A stretch of DNA of 64,000 bases from an uncultured Pseudomonadales bacterium (GCA_964556485.1 CAZKVV010000006.1:8072-72071), one strand, 5' to 3'. Positions 1-10,022 are shown, counted from the first letter of the stretch. Numbers and translations: made by a program. Notes: generated by a model not told the origin, from the sequence alone.

Positions 1-493
1 TCCTTTAGTATCCGATCTTGATATGCTCTTAAATCACATTAACGCTGCTTCAAAAGAACAAACGTACATTTTAAAACAAGGGTATCAATTTTCAAAAGAA
101 GAAGAGAGAGATTATTTAGAAAATCTAATCAAACAGATTGAAGATAAAAAAAACTGTACTACTTTTGGCTTTTGACGAAGACAAATTAGTAGGTACTGCT
201 GATGTCAGAAGCGGAATAGGTGCAGAACAACATGTAGGAACTTTTGGCATTATTATAAAAAAGAATATAGAGATCAAAAAATTGGGACAGAGTTAATGAA
301 AAAAACTTTAGAAAAAGCAAAGGAGCATATTGATGGTCTCAAAATTATTTGTCTGAGTGTTTTTTCTGATAATAAGCGTGCCTTGCATGTATACGAAAAA
401 GCGGGTTTCAAAAAATATGGAGAATTACCTAATGGGGTTATAAGAAAAAATGAACTTAGCAATCATATTTATATGTATTTGAATGTGCAATAA
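1..493 (+). pseudogene. GNAT N-acetyltransferase, 5' end outside the window. Reading frame broken twice at poly-A runs (about 146-153 and 257-262); only the C-terminal 65 aa (296..493) is an intact ORF.
   Basis: Three-frame translation gives ...LIKQIEDKK / TVLLLAFDEDKLVGTADVRSGIGAEQHVGTFGIIIKK / EYRDQKIGTELMKKTLEKAKEH...ALHVYEKAGF. Joined, these form a canonical GNAT core (LVG...Q/R-x-x-G-x-G motif) split over 3 frames. Confidence 0.45.
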
Positions 494-600
494 AAAGTTC
501 CCACATAGTTCAATAGTGCCACCATCATGTGCTATACGCTATTCAAATGCGAGTGATATATTAAATAGAATAATTAATTAATTATCCGGAAAAAAACAAC

Positions 601-948
601 ATGCCATTTAGACCAGATCTTCTCCAAATAAGATTTGAAAATGGACTGCCTGGTGATCTCCTAAATTCACTTCGCAGCATTCTCAAAGAACTAGATATCT
701 TTAAATCTGATCATGCCCTAAAAAAATTTGTCAGTGATGAATGCCCATATTTATCTCCATGGAAAGATCGAATTGAAGAAGTTGATCAAGATTACGAAGA
801 TTCAAGTAGCGACAAAGCTGTAAAAGCAAGAATCAATCTCCTCATTGCTTTTTTGTACAACAAAACGCACGTTGATCATGGTAATGCGCTCATGCTATTT
901 TTACGCTATCTCGAAGAAAAAAAGGGGGTTGATTTTTCGAATTTATAA
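601..948 (+). CDS. hypothetical protein (115 aa)
   Basis: Intact ORF. No recognisable motif. Confidence 0.4.
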   Translation: MPFRPDLLQIRFENGLPGDLLNSLRSILKELDIFKSDHALKKFVSDECPYLSPWKDRIEEVDQDYEDSSSDKAVKARINLLIAFLYNKTHVDHGNALMLFLRYLEEKKGVDFSNL

Positions 949-1056
949 AATTCCTACTGCCTTCGGGATGAGACCTTTGTGGAACAGTCTAGGGCATCGG
1001 AAAGTATATACATCAATCTAGAATCGATAATTCTTCTCACCATTTTTGCCAATTAG

Positions 1057-2097
1057 TTGATATATTATATTGTATCAATGTTTGAAGAAACGCACCCATC
1101 AGTCCTCAGCAGAGAGGCAGTTGAATCAATAACTGTGAGGGCTGCAATTCCAGATGATTTAATGAACTTGATTGAGCAAGCAGGAACAAATCGAAATGAA
1201 GTGAAGGCTATCTACCTAGGACCCAAGCATTCACTTAATCCTTACCCAGGCAAACATTTTATAGGAGAAAATCCAAGATCGTCCCTAGAGTTTGATCACC
1301 AATTAGTATTGCAAACAATTTCTGATCTAAAAAAGACTGCAGAAGTATCAGCAATTCCAACTCTTTACACACTTGCTGGAAAACTTGAAAATATCAGTTT
1401 AAATGCACTGCCCGAAGGCTGGGAACAAATATCAAAAACAAGTGTCATAAAGCATGAAGAAACACACAGAAGCCAAAACGTAAAACATAATTATATAGAA
1501 ATATTTGAGGACTGTGCAACTCAATTAAAAAAACTAGCTTCTGTGCCAGACGAACAAGGCACACCAGAAATTAATAATGACTTCATTAGGCTGCACACTG
1601 AATACCAACAAACCTATGTCATAAGTGAAGTTCAAGCTCTCTTCAAAGGCTTAGAATTCATCTTTCAGGAAGACCAAACTACAAATACCACATTGGCATT
1701 TGCACTCTACTGGATGGGCAAAGTCGGAGCACTATTTGAGCAATACAAAGAGGGTGATAAATCAAATACAATCTTGGACGAAGTCTGTAAAAGAATTCAA
1801 GAAAAAAATATGCATTTTTATGATCTAAATAATATCATTAATCAACTTTCTAGAATACTTTTGCTTTGTGGAGATATAGAACTACTACAAAAAATTGAAT
1901 CCGGTGCGATCACACCAACTCAAGTAAAACAAATGACCATAGCGGGACTAAATGCTTTCATCGAGAACCCCAAAGTTTTTCTTTCTCGCAGAGATGTTGT
2001 TTCATTGGCACAAGACAAACATCTTATGATTCACCTCAATTTATTAGAAGGCGAGCTCAACAGACTGAATACGAGCATAGGTGCTGTTGTTGAATAA
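1057..2097 (+). CDS. hypothetical protein (346 aa)
   Basis: Long intact ORF. No recognisable motif. Confidence 0.5.
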   Translation: MIYYIVSMFEETHPSVLSREAVESITVRAAIPDDLMNLIEQAGTNRNEVKAIYLGPKHSLNPYPGKHFIGENPRSSLEFDHQLVLQTISDLKKTAEVSAIPTLYTLAGKLENISLNALPEGWEQISKTSVIKHEETHRSQNVKHNYIEIFEDCATQLKKLASVPDEQGTPEINNDFIRLHTEYQQTYVISEVQALFKGLEFIFQEDQTTNTTLAFALYWMGKVGALFEQYKEGDKSNTILDEVCKRIQEKNMHFYDLNNIINQLSRILLLCGDIELLQKIESGAITPTQVKQMTIAGLNAFIENPKVFLSRRDVVSLAQDKHLMIHLNLLEGELNRLNTSIGAVVE

Positions 2098-2167
2098 CAG
2101 CAATTTTTCAAAGGTACTACATCAGAAACCGCACATATTTAAAATCCATTTTAAGTCAGAAAAACTG

Positions 2168-3393
2168 ATGACTATGAATTACGACAGATTGCAACCAATT
2201 CGAAAAGAAGTTTACTCAGCAGAGCCAATTAAGGTTTATTATGTTATTCAAAGATTTCCAAATTTTGATGGCTATAGTGGTGGGGGGCAGAACGTCACCT
2301 TGAACGCTTAATTCAAGCAAGTCAGACAAAGTATGATGCGAGTTTTCAACCACAGCTGTATGTTGCAAACGGACAAAGTAAGCCAACTTCGCTAGAAATT
2401 CCAATTACTGCCGATCCAGATAGAACAAATCTTATTCCTGAACTCAAGGCAATTAATGCGCCTGATCAAATCTTACATCTTAGCGACAGTTATCTACTAT
2501 TGTATAACCCCCAGCTCTTTGCTGAAATAACTTCGTTTTGGAAGGGATCAATAGTCCAAAGAGTTACTTTAATTTCTAGAATACAAGAGCTCAGCCAGAA
2601 GTATGGCAACAATTTTCATAACTATATTGCACCAATAGCTACATTTATATCTCAATCTCCTGAAATGTCTGCAGAACTTATCGAGCTTGGAGTAGCGCCA
2701 GAAAAAATAACTGAGATTGAGAATGGTGTTGATACCGACCTTTTCCAACCGGTTGGCGCAGAAGAAAAACAAAAATTGAAATCAAAGTTGCTACCCACCG
2801 TCGATCCTGATGCAACAATTTTTATGTCAATTGCTCGTTTAACTGATCCCGTTAAAAAAATAGATGTGTTAATTCAAAAATGGCAAGAAACAATGAGTGG
2901 GCAAAATGCTCACTTAATTTTGGTTGGTGGTTATAGACAAGAAGAAACACTTCCTGGTTCAAAAGTTGTCGAGCTATTTGAGTCAGCAACTCTTTGGAAA
3001 AGCAACAAAAACGGGATACTCTTCACAGGAACACAACCGGCTGCAACAGTGAGCGAGTTACTCCAAGTTTCAGATGCATTCCTTGCACCAAGTATTCTTG
3101 AAGGTTTCTCGAATGTAGCTTTAGAAGCAATGTCCAGTGGTTTGCCCATACTCGCTAGAGATGGAGTAAGTGGCTATGGAAAGCTTATAAAAGATAAAAA
3201 AACTGGCATATACTTTAGAGATGACCTCGACTTAGCAGGCGGAATTCTAGAGCTGTATAACAACCCACTACTTCGTAAAAACATTGGTGCTGCTGCACGA
3301 AACCACATAGTTCAAAACTATTCTGTTGAGGCTATGATAGAAAAATACCGACAACTCTATAAAGATTTGATGCAATCAAATCAAAAACAGTAA
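2168..3393 (+). pseudogene. GT4-family glycosyltransferase interrupted by a 1-nt frameshift in a G6 tract (2282-2287). The track splits it into 2081..2311 and 2500..3393.
   Basis: N-terminal piece ...IKVYYVIQRFPNFDGYSGG then, in the +1 frame, GAERHLERLIQASQ... (classic GT4 N-terminal GG-x-E-R-H motif). The C-terminal domain carries LILVGG...EGFSNVALEAMSSGLPILA. One extra G would restore a single about 400-aa ORF. Confidence 0.55.
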
Positions 3394-3618
3394 TGTGAAA
3401 TCTATGCAGTTTTGTTTTAAATTTTATTAATTTCTATGGCATTCTGAGAGGAGAGATTTTAAAAAATATCATTTTTTTGAGTAATTGACAGTGTCACCAC
3501 TTCCATATTTGATAACTGTGATTTTTAACATGTGTGGAGCATATCACTTAAGCGTATTCTCAGAGTAGCTCCCACATAATCAAACAACTCTGCTCATGAA
3601 AATGACGCAAACATTCGC

Positions 3619-4695
3619 TTGGTTTTATGTATATACTCGTGGCATATGTCAGAACGTCGAAATCCATCTATAGATAGCAGTGTTAGGAGAATGCAATCAG
3701 ATCCTAGTACTGCAGAATATGAGATCAAATTTTTACTTGGAGTTGAAGCATACGAATATGGATCGACGTTAGAAACAAAGCGTCAACTTGTGCGAGCCCT
3801 TCAATCAATTGGAATCCCAGAAAGCATGCGTGACGAAGTGGAATTATTTATCCTCTATTTGAACAGATATGAGCGCTCTACAGGAATATTTGATAAAACG
3901 TGCATTACGTACGACAACGGATTCTTCATTGGCGGCATACCACTTTTTGATGCAGCCGGACGGTATGTTTTTCAGCCAGACTATAAAGGTGTAGTGGTTG
4001 CTCAATCAGGAAAACGATATGAAATCGCATGTTTCCCAAACTCTATTGAAATAAAAAACTACGGTAGAGTAGAGCAAATGTCTGGAAAACCAGGATACTT
4101 CAAGTTAAAAAAAGAAGAAGGATATGCTCAAGCAATTGTTGAAACAGAGTCTACTGACGGATCAAAAAGAGATCCCAATATCTACTTTGGTCGTCTACTT
4201 CAATATTTAACAGACACTTATCCATTTGCTATGGGGCCCATTACACTCTTTAAAGCAGACTGGAGGCGAGGAACAAATTTTGACGAATATCAAAAATATT
4301 CTACACTTTTGCAAGCACAAACAAAATCGATTCCAAACTCTCCAGAAGCAATGCAAGCCTCGCTTGAAGAATTATCTCCTTATCTTGCAGATACTCCATT
4401 CAGAAATACAGATCTAACAACCCATCTGGAAAAACTAAAAAACATAGAGTTAATCAGACGACAAAATAAAATAGCAGTTGGATGGGACTATGCTCTTGAT
4501 CAAGACACCCTCCGTCAAGAAGCGATGATTGAGTTATGTGCAGAAATTGCTGCATGGAAAACCGCAACGGGCAGGGCATTACATAAGAGGTTGGGTTTTT
4601 CTAGTGTACATACGCACCCTATATTATTATTTTCTAGAGATATACAAACGGCATTGGAAAGAGAAAAAAGAATACAATCATTACCTGCTTTGTAA
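3619..4695 (+). CDS. hypothetical protein (358 aa)
   Basis: Long intact ORF. No recognisable motif. Confidence 0.5.
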   Translation: MVLCIYSWHMSERRNPSIDSSVRRMQSDPSTAEYEIKFLLGVEAYEYGSTLETKRQLVRALQSIGIPESMRDEVELFILYLNRYERSTGIFDKTCITYDNGFFIGGIPLFDAAGRYVFQPDYKGVVVAQSGKRYEIACFPNSIEIKNYGRVEQMSGKPGYFKLKKEEGYAQAIVETESTDGSKRDPNIYFGRLLQYLTDTYPFAMGPITLFKADWRRGTNFDEYQKYSTLLQAQTKSIPNSPEAMQASLEELSPYLADTPFRNTDLTTHLEKLKNIELIRRQNKIAVGWDYALDQDTLRQEAMIELCAEIAAWKTATGRALHKRLGFSSVHTHPILLFSRDIQTALEREKRIQSLPAL

Positions 4696-4728
4696 AAAGT
4701 AAAATTACACATACTGCTCTGATATAAT

Positions 4729-5202
4729 TTGAATATGAACATCAACATTCGCCCAGCAGTTACAAGTGACTGGCAAACAATTCAAAAATTAAACAATGAG
4801 GTTTTTCAAAACGACAAGGAAAATGATCCAGATATTGATCTTGATTGGCCGTACTCTGAGAAGGGAATTGCCTATTATCAAAAACTGGCTCATGGTACCT
4901 ATGGACATTGTCTCATTGCTGAAAATGATGATACTCCCGTTGGGTATATCGCACTTTCTATAAAAAATTTTGGGTATAGAAAAAGCACCTATGTTGAAGT
5001 TGAAAACATAGGAGTCAGCACCGAATTTCGCTCGAAAGGAATTGGTAAAGTACTCATGGATGCTGCGTCAGAATGGGCTAGACAACAAGATGCGCAAAAA
5101 TTATACGTTGAAGCCTTTTGGGGAAACACCAAAGCAGTTAAGTATTATAAAAATAATGGCTTTGTTGAAATTGGTGTTCAGTTAGAAAAAGCTTTAACCT
5201 GA
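4729..5202 (+). CDS. GNAT family N-acetyltransferase
   Basis: 157-aa ORF with ...VGYIALS...VENIGVSTEFRSKGIGKVLMDAASEWA...NTKAVKYYKNNGF, a GNAT acetyl-CoA binding fold signature. Confidence 0.75.
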   Translation: MNMNINIRPAVTSDWQTIQKLNNEVFQNDKENDPDIDLDWPYSEKGIAYYQKLAHGTYGHCLIAENDDTPVGYIALSIKNFGYRKSTYVEVENIGVSTEFRSKGIGKVLMDAASEWARQQDAQKLYVEAFWGNTKAVKYYKNNGFVEIGVQLEKALT

Positions 5203-5745
5203 TATACTTTAGCCCATGACAATCGAGTCTGAGTGTCAAAGAATTGATAACGACAGATTCTGATGGAGTTGAGGGTGCTGTATTAAAAATAGGTGTAACA
5301 CTACACACAGAAAAAACTGAGAAATATGTAGGCGGGAAAATTGCAAAAGAATTAGCTCCACTAAACGATCTCCCAAAACATCTTTAACCGAAATAAAGAA
5401 AAGTATTCTCAGCTCAAAAAAAGAGGCTTTCCTGTAGTTCCCACACTTCGTGTAAATAGTGAAGAAAATACATTGCTAATGACTGACACAACTTTTCGGG
5501 AAGACTCATCTTATCGACACACATGCCCCGCTCTCAAAATCAAGATTGCAGATTTTAAATCTCAGTGAGCTGCATACACAAATGAGAACAATGGCCATCC
5601 AAGCATTTGGCGATGGCAATGGTGTGGTACTTGGATCAGATAGTTATTCACTTGTATACGACCCAGCTACTAAATTAGCTAAAATTATCCTAGAGGAACT
5701 TGTTTGTCAAAATGCCAATCATGCAATTAAAAACTAGTTAGTTAA

Positions 5746-8223
5746 CTACCCTCGATCATCTTCCCCAACTTCGCATTCTGATGCTGGCGCATCCTCAAAA
5801 ATTCTTTGAACGCCTTTTTCTGCTGCAAATACTGCGGCTTTAACATTAATGGCAAATCCTGATTGTCTTATATTGCTTCTCGAAACAGCTCTGTAAAAAT
5901 TTGTTAACTGTCTTCCCTCTACTGAATCAGTAAAGTCACCAACCTTCCAGCTATTCGCCTTAAACAGAGGGGGGAAATCTCTTTCTTTTTCAAAAAGTTC
6001 TACCATTGTTTCTCGATATGTTTCCCAAACTTGCGCCAACTGTCTATCAACGTCATCCACTTGGTGTGGATACTTTTCACAGCACAAGTAGGCAATCATT
6101 GCGGTTCCCAACCAACCAACTTGATTAAACAAGCGGGGAATGTCTTTTTTACTTGGGCTGAACCCTCTAAATTCAATTGTCCAGTATTCATCAGTGAACT
6201 GCCTACTTCTTAAAACTCTACGCCTACCAGTGTCACCGTAGTTAATAATTTGCTTGTGTTTCTTCTTTTTCCGCATAGTTTCTGAGTACTCTGCTTGAAA
6301 ACTTGTGTTGTATTTTCTAAAACCAACCCCAGTTGCCATTAAGCCAGCATTTAAGATGCTTGCTTCTCGCAACACATCGTCCGAAGATATGGAAAAGCCC
6401 CTGTCAAAATATTCCTCCCAACCAATTGTGATGTGCATTGGGCGGGAATCAGTTTCAAGATCATGAAAACCTGCTTGCGCCAAACCCCAAATCTCACGAG
6501 CATACAATCGATATGGTTGTTTAAAGTCACCACTAACATATGAAAGCGCATGTTCACCCAATGAATCATAAGTGTAATTATGTCCAATTGCTTGTGCTTG
6601 CCCCATGTGATGTTTGTAAGCATCTAACATGATGCTTGCTTTACGGGAAAGATCTTGCAAAAAGTAATCATATTTATACACAGCTAGCTTTTTATAACGC
6701 TGTTCCCCCTCTGTTTTTTCGATGAATGCGTTAAACTGTTCACGAAGGTTTCTTTCTCTGCTTACTGACTGCATCAATCGCAAATTCCAAATCTGATTGA
6801 GAATCTGCAAAAGCTCTCTATCAAGATAATCAAACTCAGACGAATTCATATAATCGAGGAAAGGCATCCTAACTTCTGCGGTATCAATTTGTGAAATGAG
6901 CTCACGAACATCATCTTCTACTCGTTTCTTTTCTTCATCAGAAATGGCTGACCGATCATCAATGTTGATGTACTTTTGCAGATTTTGTACCTTAAATGCT
7001 AGTCTTTTAACATTTGAAAGCACTTCCTGAGCATCCTTCCACTGAGCAAACCTCAGAAAATCATCATTAATTTCTTCGCTATGCGCCAAACTATCTCCAA
7101 ACAGATTTCTATCTAAATTTTCGTACCAGCTATACTGCAAACCCAATTCAAACGGTGGATTAATAATCTCCAATTCAGCTCCTAGTGTAACTTTTTTACC
7201 TTTAAATTTTTTTCTCGTTTCTGGTACTAACAAGCCTTTTCTTTTTTCAAGCTCAGCCTCCACAGCTGCATCAAGAATTGCTGCCATTTCTTCCTCACTA
7301 TAGTGTTCAGCAGCAGTTTTTGTTATTTCCGCTCGCTGCGAAAAAGATAAACTGGAAAAATCTATATTGTGTGAGCTGGCATAATGTTGTGCAAGTGGTT
7401 CTTTAAAGAGCCAAATACGCCACGCAATTGTTGCTGCAAGTCTGGAGTAGTCTTCATTGAGTGCTCGACTCAATTCAAGTTCTCTCCAACATAATGCCTC
7501 TCTGCCGGATCTATCCAATCCTAAAAAATTAGCTGAACTACCCAGCATTGTTTTTTTTGTAACCGTCGAATAGAGTCGTATCAACAAATACACCTTATGC
7601 CGCAACTTCGAAGCAATCTCATGATCTGATTGCGAAATTTTTTCCTCATCTAGCTTTTGAATATCTGGAACCAGAAAAAGCTTTCTTACAGCATCCCTCA
7701 GTGATTTTTTTGGCTCGACAACTTGGAGCGGCTCTTCTTTGCTAGGTGACTCAGTTAAGAAATCCAACCTATATGCTTTGATAATTTTTTTTTGCTCAGA
7801 TGGCGATAACTTACTGACAAGCAATCGATAAAACCATAAATAATCTTCTTCTTCGAGTACATAAAGAAGACCTTCAATATGTTTTAAGCTGTGCCCAGAG
7901 ATGCTGTCATCGCGGACTTCTGAAGATCTCACGTTGCCATAAAAAGATAAAGTTAGTAAAAAATCAATACCCGCTTTTATCTCATCAGACAACGGTGATC
8001 CTTTTTGATTTATTTCATCAGTAATCAAAGCATATATTCTCTGAAAAGACTCTTCAGAGTACATACTAAAATCTTCTTCACCAAAACCATAAAGTTCTAC
8101 ATATTCTTGAACCTCTCGTTTCAAAGGTGAATCTTGCAGAGATAAAATTGCTTCAAGTGGCTCACGCAACAAAAGTCTCGCTTCCTCAGTAGAGTAGTTG
8201 TGTACTATTTCAGAATGTACCAT
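5746..8223 (-). CDS. large hypothetical protein (825 aa). The central region has motifs compatible with a glutamine-synthetase-like carboxylate-amine ligase (amidoligase) domain.
   Basis: Intact 825-aa ORF. GAELEIINPPFELG (G-x-E-x-E strand) around residue 335 and WTIEFRGFSPS (E-F-R) around residue 690, spaced like GCS2/Amidoligase_2 proteins. The domain call is low-confidence. Confidence 0.55.
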   Translation of the reverse strand: MVHSEIVHNYSTEEARLLLREPLEAILSLQDSPLKREVQEYVELYGFGEEDFSMYSEESFQRIYALITDEINQKGSPLSDEIKAGIDFLLTLSFYGNVRSSEVRDDSISGHSLKHIEGLLYVLEEEDYLWFYRLLVSKLSPSEQKKIIKAYRLDFLTESPSKEEPLQVVEPKKSLRDAVRKLFLVPDIQKLDEEKISQSDHEIASKLRHKVYLLIRLYSTVTKKTMLGSSANFLGLDRSGREALCWRELELSRALNEDYSRLAATIAWRIWLFKEPLAQHYASSHNIDFSSLSFSQRAEITKTAAEHYSEEEMAAILDAAVEAELEKRKGLLVPETRKKFKGKKVTLGAELEIINPPFELGLQYSWYENLDRNLFGDSLAHSEEINDDFLRFAQWKDAQEVLSNVKRLAFKVQNLQKYINIDDRSAISDEEKKRVEDDVRELISQIDTAEVRMPFLDYMNSSEFDYLDRELLQILNQIWNLRLMQSVSRERNLREQFNAFIEKTEGEQRYKKLAVYKYDYFLQDLSRKASIMLDAYKHHMGQAQAIGHNYTYDSLGEHALSYVSGDFKQPYRLYAREIWGLAQAGFHDLETDSRPMHITIGWEEYFDRGFSISSDDVLREASILNAGLMATGVGFRKYNTSFQAEYSETMRKKKKHKQIINYGDTGRRRVLRSRQFTDEYWTIEFRGFSPSKKDIPRLFNQVGWLGTAMIAYLCCEKYPHQVDDVDRQLAQVWETYRETMVELFEKERDFPPLFKANSWKVGDFTDSVEGRQLTNFYRAVSRSNIRQSGFAINVKAAVFAAEKGVQRIFEDAPASECEVGEDDRG

Positions 8224-8306
8224 GCCATTACTATGTCATTTGCAAAACTAAAATGCAATACTCGAGAAAATACAAGTTTAATTACGTCTCATAGTAATTA
8301 GCTATT

Positions 8307-8342
8307 GACATAATGATCTATTTATACTATAGTATACTCTTG
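8307..8342 (+). promoter_or_regulatory. sigma70-like promoter TTGACA-N17-TATAGT
   Basis: ttgacaTAATGATCTATTTATACtatagt gives a near-consensus -35/-10 with 17-nt spacer, oriented toward the small ORF at 8576. Confidence 0.5.
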
Positions 8343-8447
8343 TTATTGAGACGAAGTGCTTTATTTCAGCTTTGAAATATGAACGCTTATCAAAAATAAC
8401 TGGCTCTTTTATAGACTCATCTTCATGACGCGCAACCTTTTGCATGT

Positions 8448-8498
8448 CAGTGGCACATTTTTGGGTATGTAATGAAATACCTAAAAATGTGCCACTGA
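8448..8498 (+). promoter_or_regulatory. 21-bp perfect hairpin in the 5' leader (one pair is a G-U wobble only on the + strand RNA)
   Basis: CAGTGGCACATTTTTGGGTAT-gtaatgaa-ATACCTAAAAATGTGCCACTG. It lies between the promoter at 8307 and the ORF at 8576. Confidence 0.5.
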
Positions 8499-8575
8499 TA
8501 ACTAAGCCGATTTTTCGGTTTGGGAAAGTGGCGAATTTTTTATCAATCTTTTTCAAAAAAAAGGATATATAGCAA

Positions 8576-8752
8576 ATGAACTTTGCAAAAAAATTTGAAA
8601 TAGCAATTGAAGCAGCCAAAAATATGATCGCCGCTGCCGAAGAACTAGAGGCAGCAAACGCAAACTTGGTCGCCGCCAAAGCCCGGGTAGCCGCCGCGGA
8701 AGCCGCCATCGAGCTGGCGGACGAAAAGATGAAGGGTTATCAAGGCGCCTAG
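8576..8752 (+). CDS. small alanine-rich helical protein (58 aa), missing from the ORF track (<60 aa)
   Basis: ATG preceded by AAGGA. MNFAKKFEIAIEAAKNMIAAAEELEAANANLVAAKARVAAAEAAIELADEKMKGYQGA. GC-rich GCC/GCG codons in an AT-rich genome. The minus-strand ORFs 8302..8709 and 8553..8822 are mirror artefacts. Confidence 0.5.
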   Translation: MNFAKKFEIAIEAAKNMIAAAEELEAANANLVAAKARVAAAEAAIELADEKMKGYQGA

Positions 8753-8780
8753 CGCCTAAGTAACCCGCTAAAAGAGCACC

Positions 8781-8812
8781 AAAAGGCCTCACTACAGGGA
8801 GGCTTTTCCTTT
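8781..8812. terminator. hairpin plus T-run between convergent genes (bidirectional terminator-like)
   Basis: AAAAGGCCTC-actacagg-GAGGCTTTTCCTTTT. The reverse strand also ends in a T-run after the hairpin. Confidence 0.4.
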
Positions 8813-8827
8813 TCCTAAGCATTTTTA

Positions 8828-9982
8828 TTATTTTAACTCAGCACTCCCACTAGCAATAGAAGCCTCAAAAAAGGCACGCACCTCACTCCAATTACCTTGG
8901 CCAGACTTTGGCATCAAGATGTACTGTTTATCAGCACTATACCCATGGGTGAGCACATTTTTTTCAGAAATAACCACTGTTTCTAATTGATATTCCGTTA
9001 ATCCTTCATGTGATGTGATAATCTCGGTTATTTTTCCTGGAGTCACATCTGTTTGCACGTATCGTATCAGTGACAATGCGGTAGGTAGCAGTTTTGCAAA
9101 AGCGATCGGAGAGGTAAGCTTTTTCTCAACAGCAGTCAACAGCGCTTGCTGTCTTTGTGACCTGCCAAAATCACCACCATGTTGCTCGGAATGACGAGAA
9201 CGAACAAACTTAAGCGCCGTCTGGGCATCCATCGTTTGCTTACCAGCATCAAAATGTAGTTGTTCGTATCTACATCCAAAAGCTTGCTCAAGTGTATATC
9301 CAGACAGTGTTGCAGTTAACGCAGCTATGTCTTCTTCAGATTTTTCACACGTTTCATTTTCCTTACCTTTAACCGGATAAAAAGCATCATCAAAAGTTAC
9401 GGGTACCTGAATTTCCAGAGGACTAAGCGAATCAAAGACTTTTTCAAATCCAGTAAAATCAACTGCCACAAAATGGTCAATCTCAAAACCAAGAATACTA
9501 CCCACTACAGACTTCGCTAACCGACCGCCTCCACCCGCACCCGTAAATTCAGCAACTTTTCCAAGATATTTTGCGTCGTCATTACCAATGGCGAATGCAG
9601 CATTAATTTTTGACCACTGTGTTTTATCTTGAGAAAGTGGTAACTCTACCCATAAATCACGGGGAATAGAAAACAAAGTTGCGGTTTTAGCTCTCGGTTG
9701 AATGTACGCCAACAACATGGTGTCAGTGAGACTACCTCCGGCATGTCCAGGCCCACCATAGCCAAGCAATAACACGGTGTATGGACGTAAGGGATCTGGC
9801 GGTGGAGTAGGGGAAGGCAACACTTCAGGTGTAACTTCCTGACTCACGCTACCTTTGAGACGCTGGGAATATTGCACATACGCAATTGTTACAACAGCGC
9901 TTCCAGCAACACCAAAGACAATTAATAGTAAAATGAACCACTGTTTTTTCTTGAGGTTACACTCAAAAGTCAAACGTTGCAT
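8828..9982 (-). CDS. LytR-CpsA-Psr (LCP) family cell-envelope phosphotransferase
   Basis: N-terminal TM helix. YTVLLLGYGGPGHAGGSLTDTMLLAYI...FSIPRDLWV matches the LCP core. Confidence 0.8.
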   Translation of the reverse strand: MQRLTFECNLKKKQWFILLLIVFGVAGSAVVTIAYVQYSQRLKGSVSQEVTPEVLPSPTPPPDPLRPYTVLLLGYGGPGHAGGSLTDTMLLAYIQPRAKTATLFSIPRDLWVELPLSQDKTQWSKINAAFAIGNDDAKYLGKVAEFTGAGGGGRLAKSVVGSILGFEIDHFVAVDFTGFEKVFDSLSPLEIQVPVTFDDAFYPVKGKENETCEKSEEDIAALTATLSGYTLEQAFGCRYEQLHFDAGKQTMDAQTALKFVRSRHSEQHGGDFGRSQRQQALLTAVEKKLTSPIAFAKLLPTALSLIRYVQTDVTPGKITEIITSHEGLTEYQLETVVISEKNVLTHGYSADKQYILMPKSGQGNWSEVRAFFEASIASGSAELK

Positions 9983-10022
9983 ACACTGTGCATACTACCA
10001 TGTTTTTATGAAAAGGAAAAAA

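Noticed and set aside
2081-2167. N-terminal part of track ORF 2081..2311 (MLLLNNSNFSKVLHQ...)
   Set aside because: It overlaps the end of the previous gene and lacks GT features. The glycosyltransferase most plausibly starts at the ATG at 2168. The rest of that ORF is the GT N-terminus before the G-tract frameshift.
8302-8822. Minus-strand ORFs 8302..8709 (135 aa) and 8553..8822 (89 aa)
   Set aside because: They are Ala/Arg/Pro-rich mirror images of the GC-rich + strand small ORF. They run through the + strand promoter and the 21-bp hairpin, and the hairpin is fully paired only on the + strand. I kept the + strand 58-aa gene instead.
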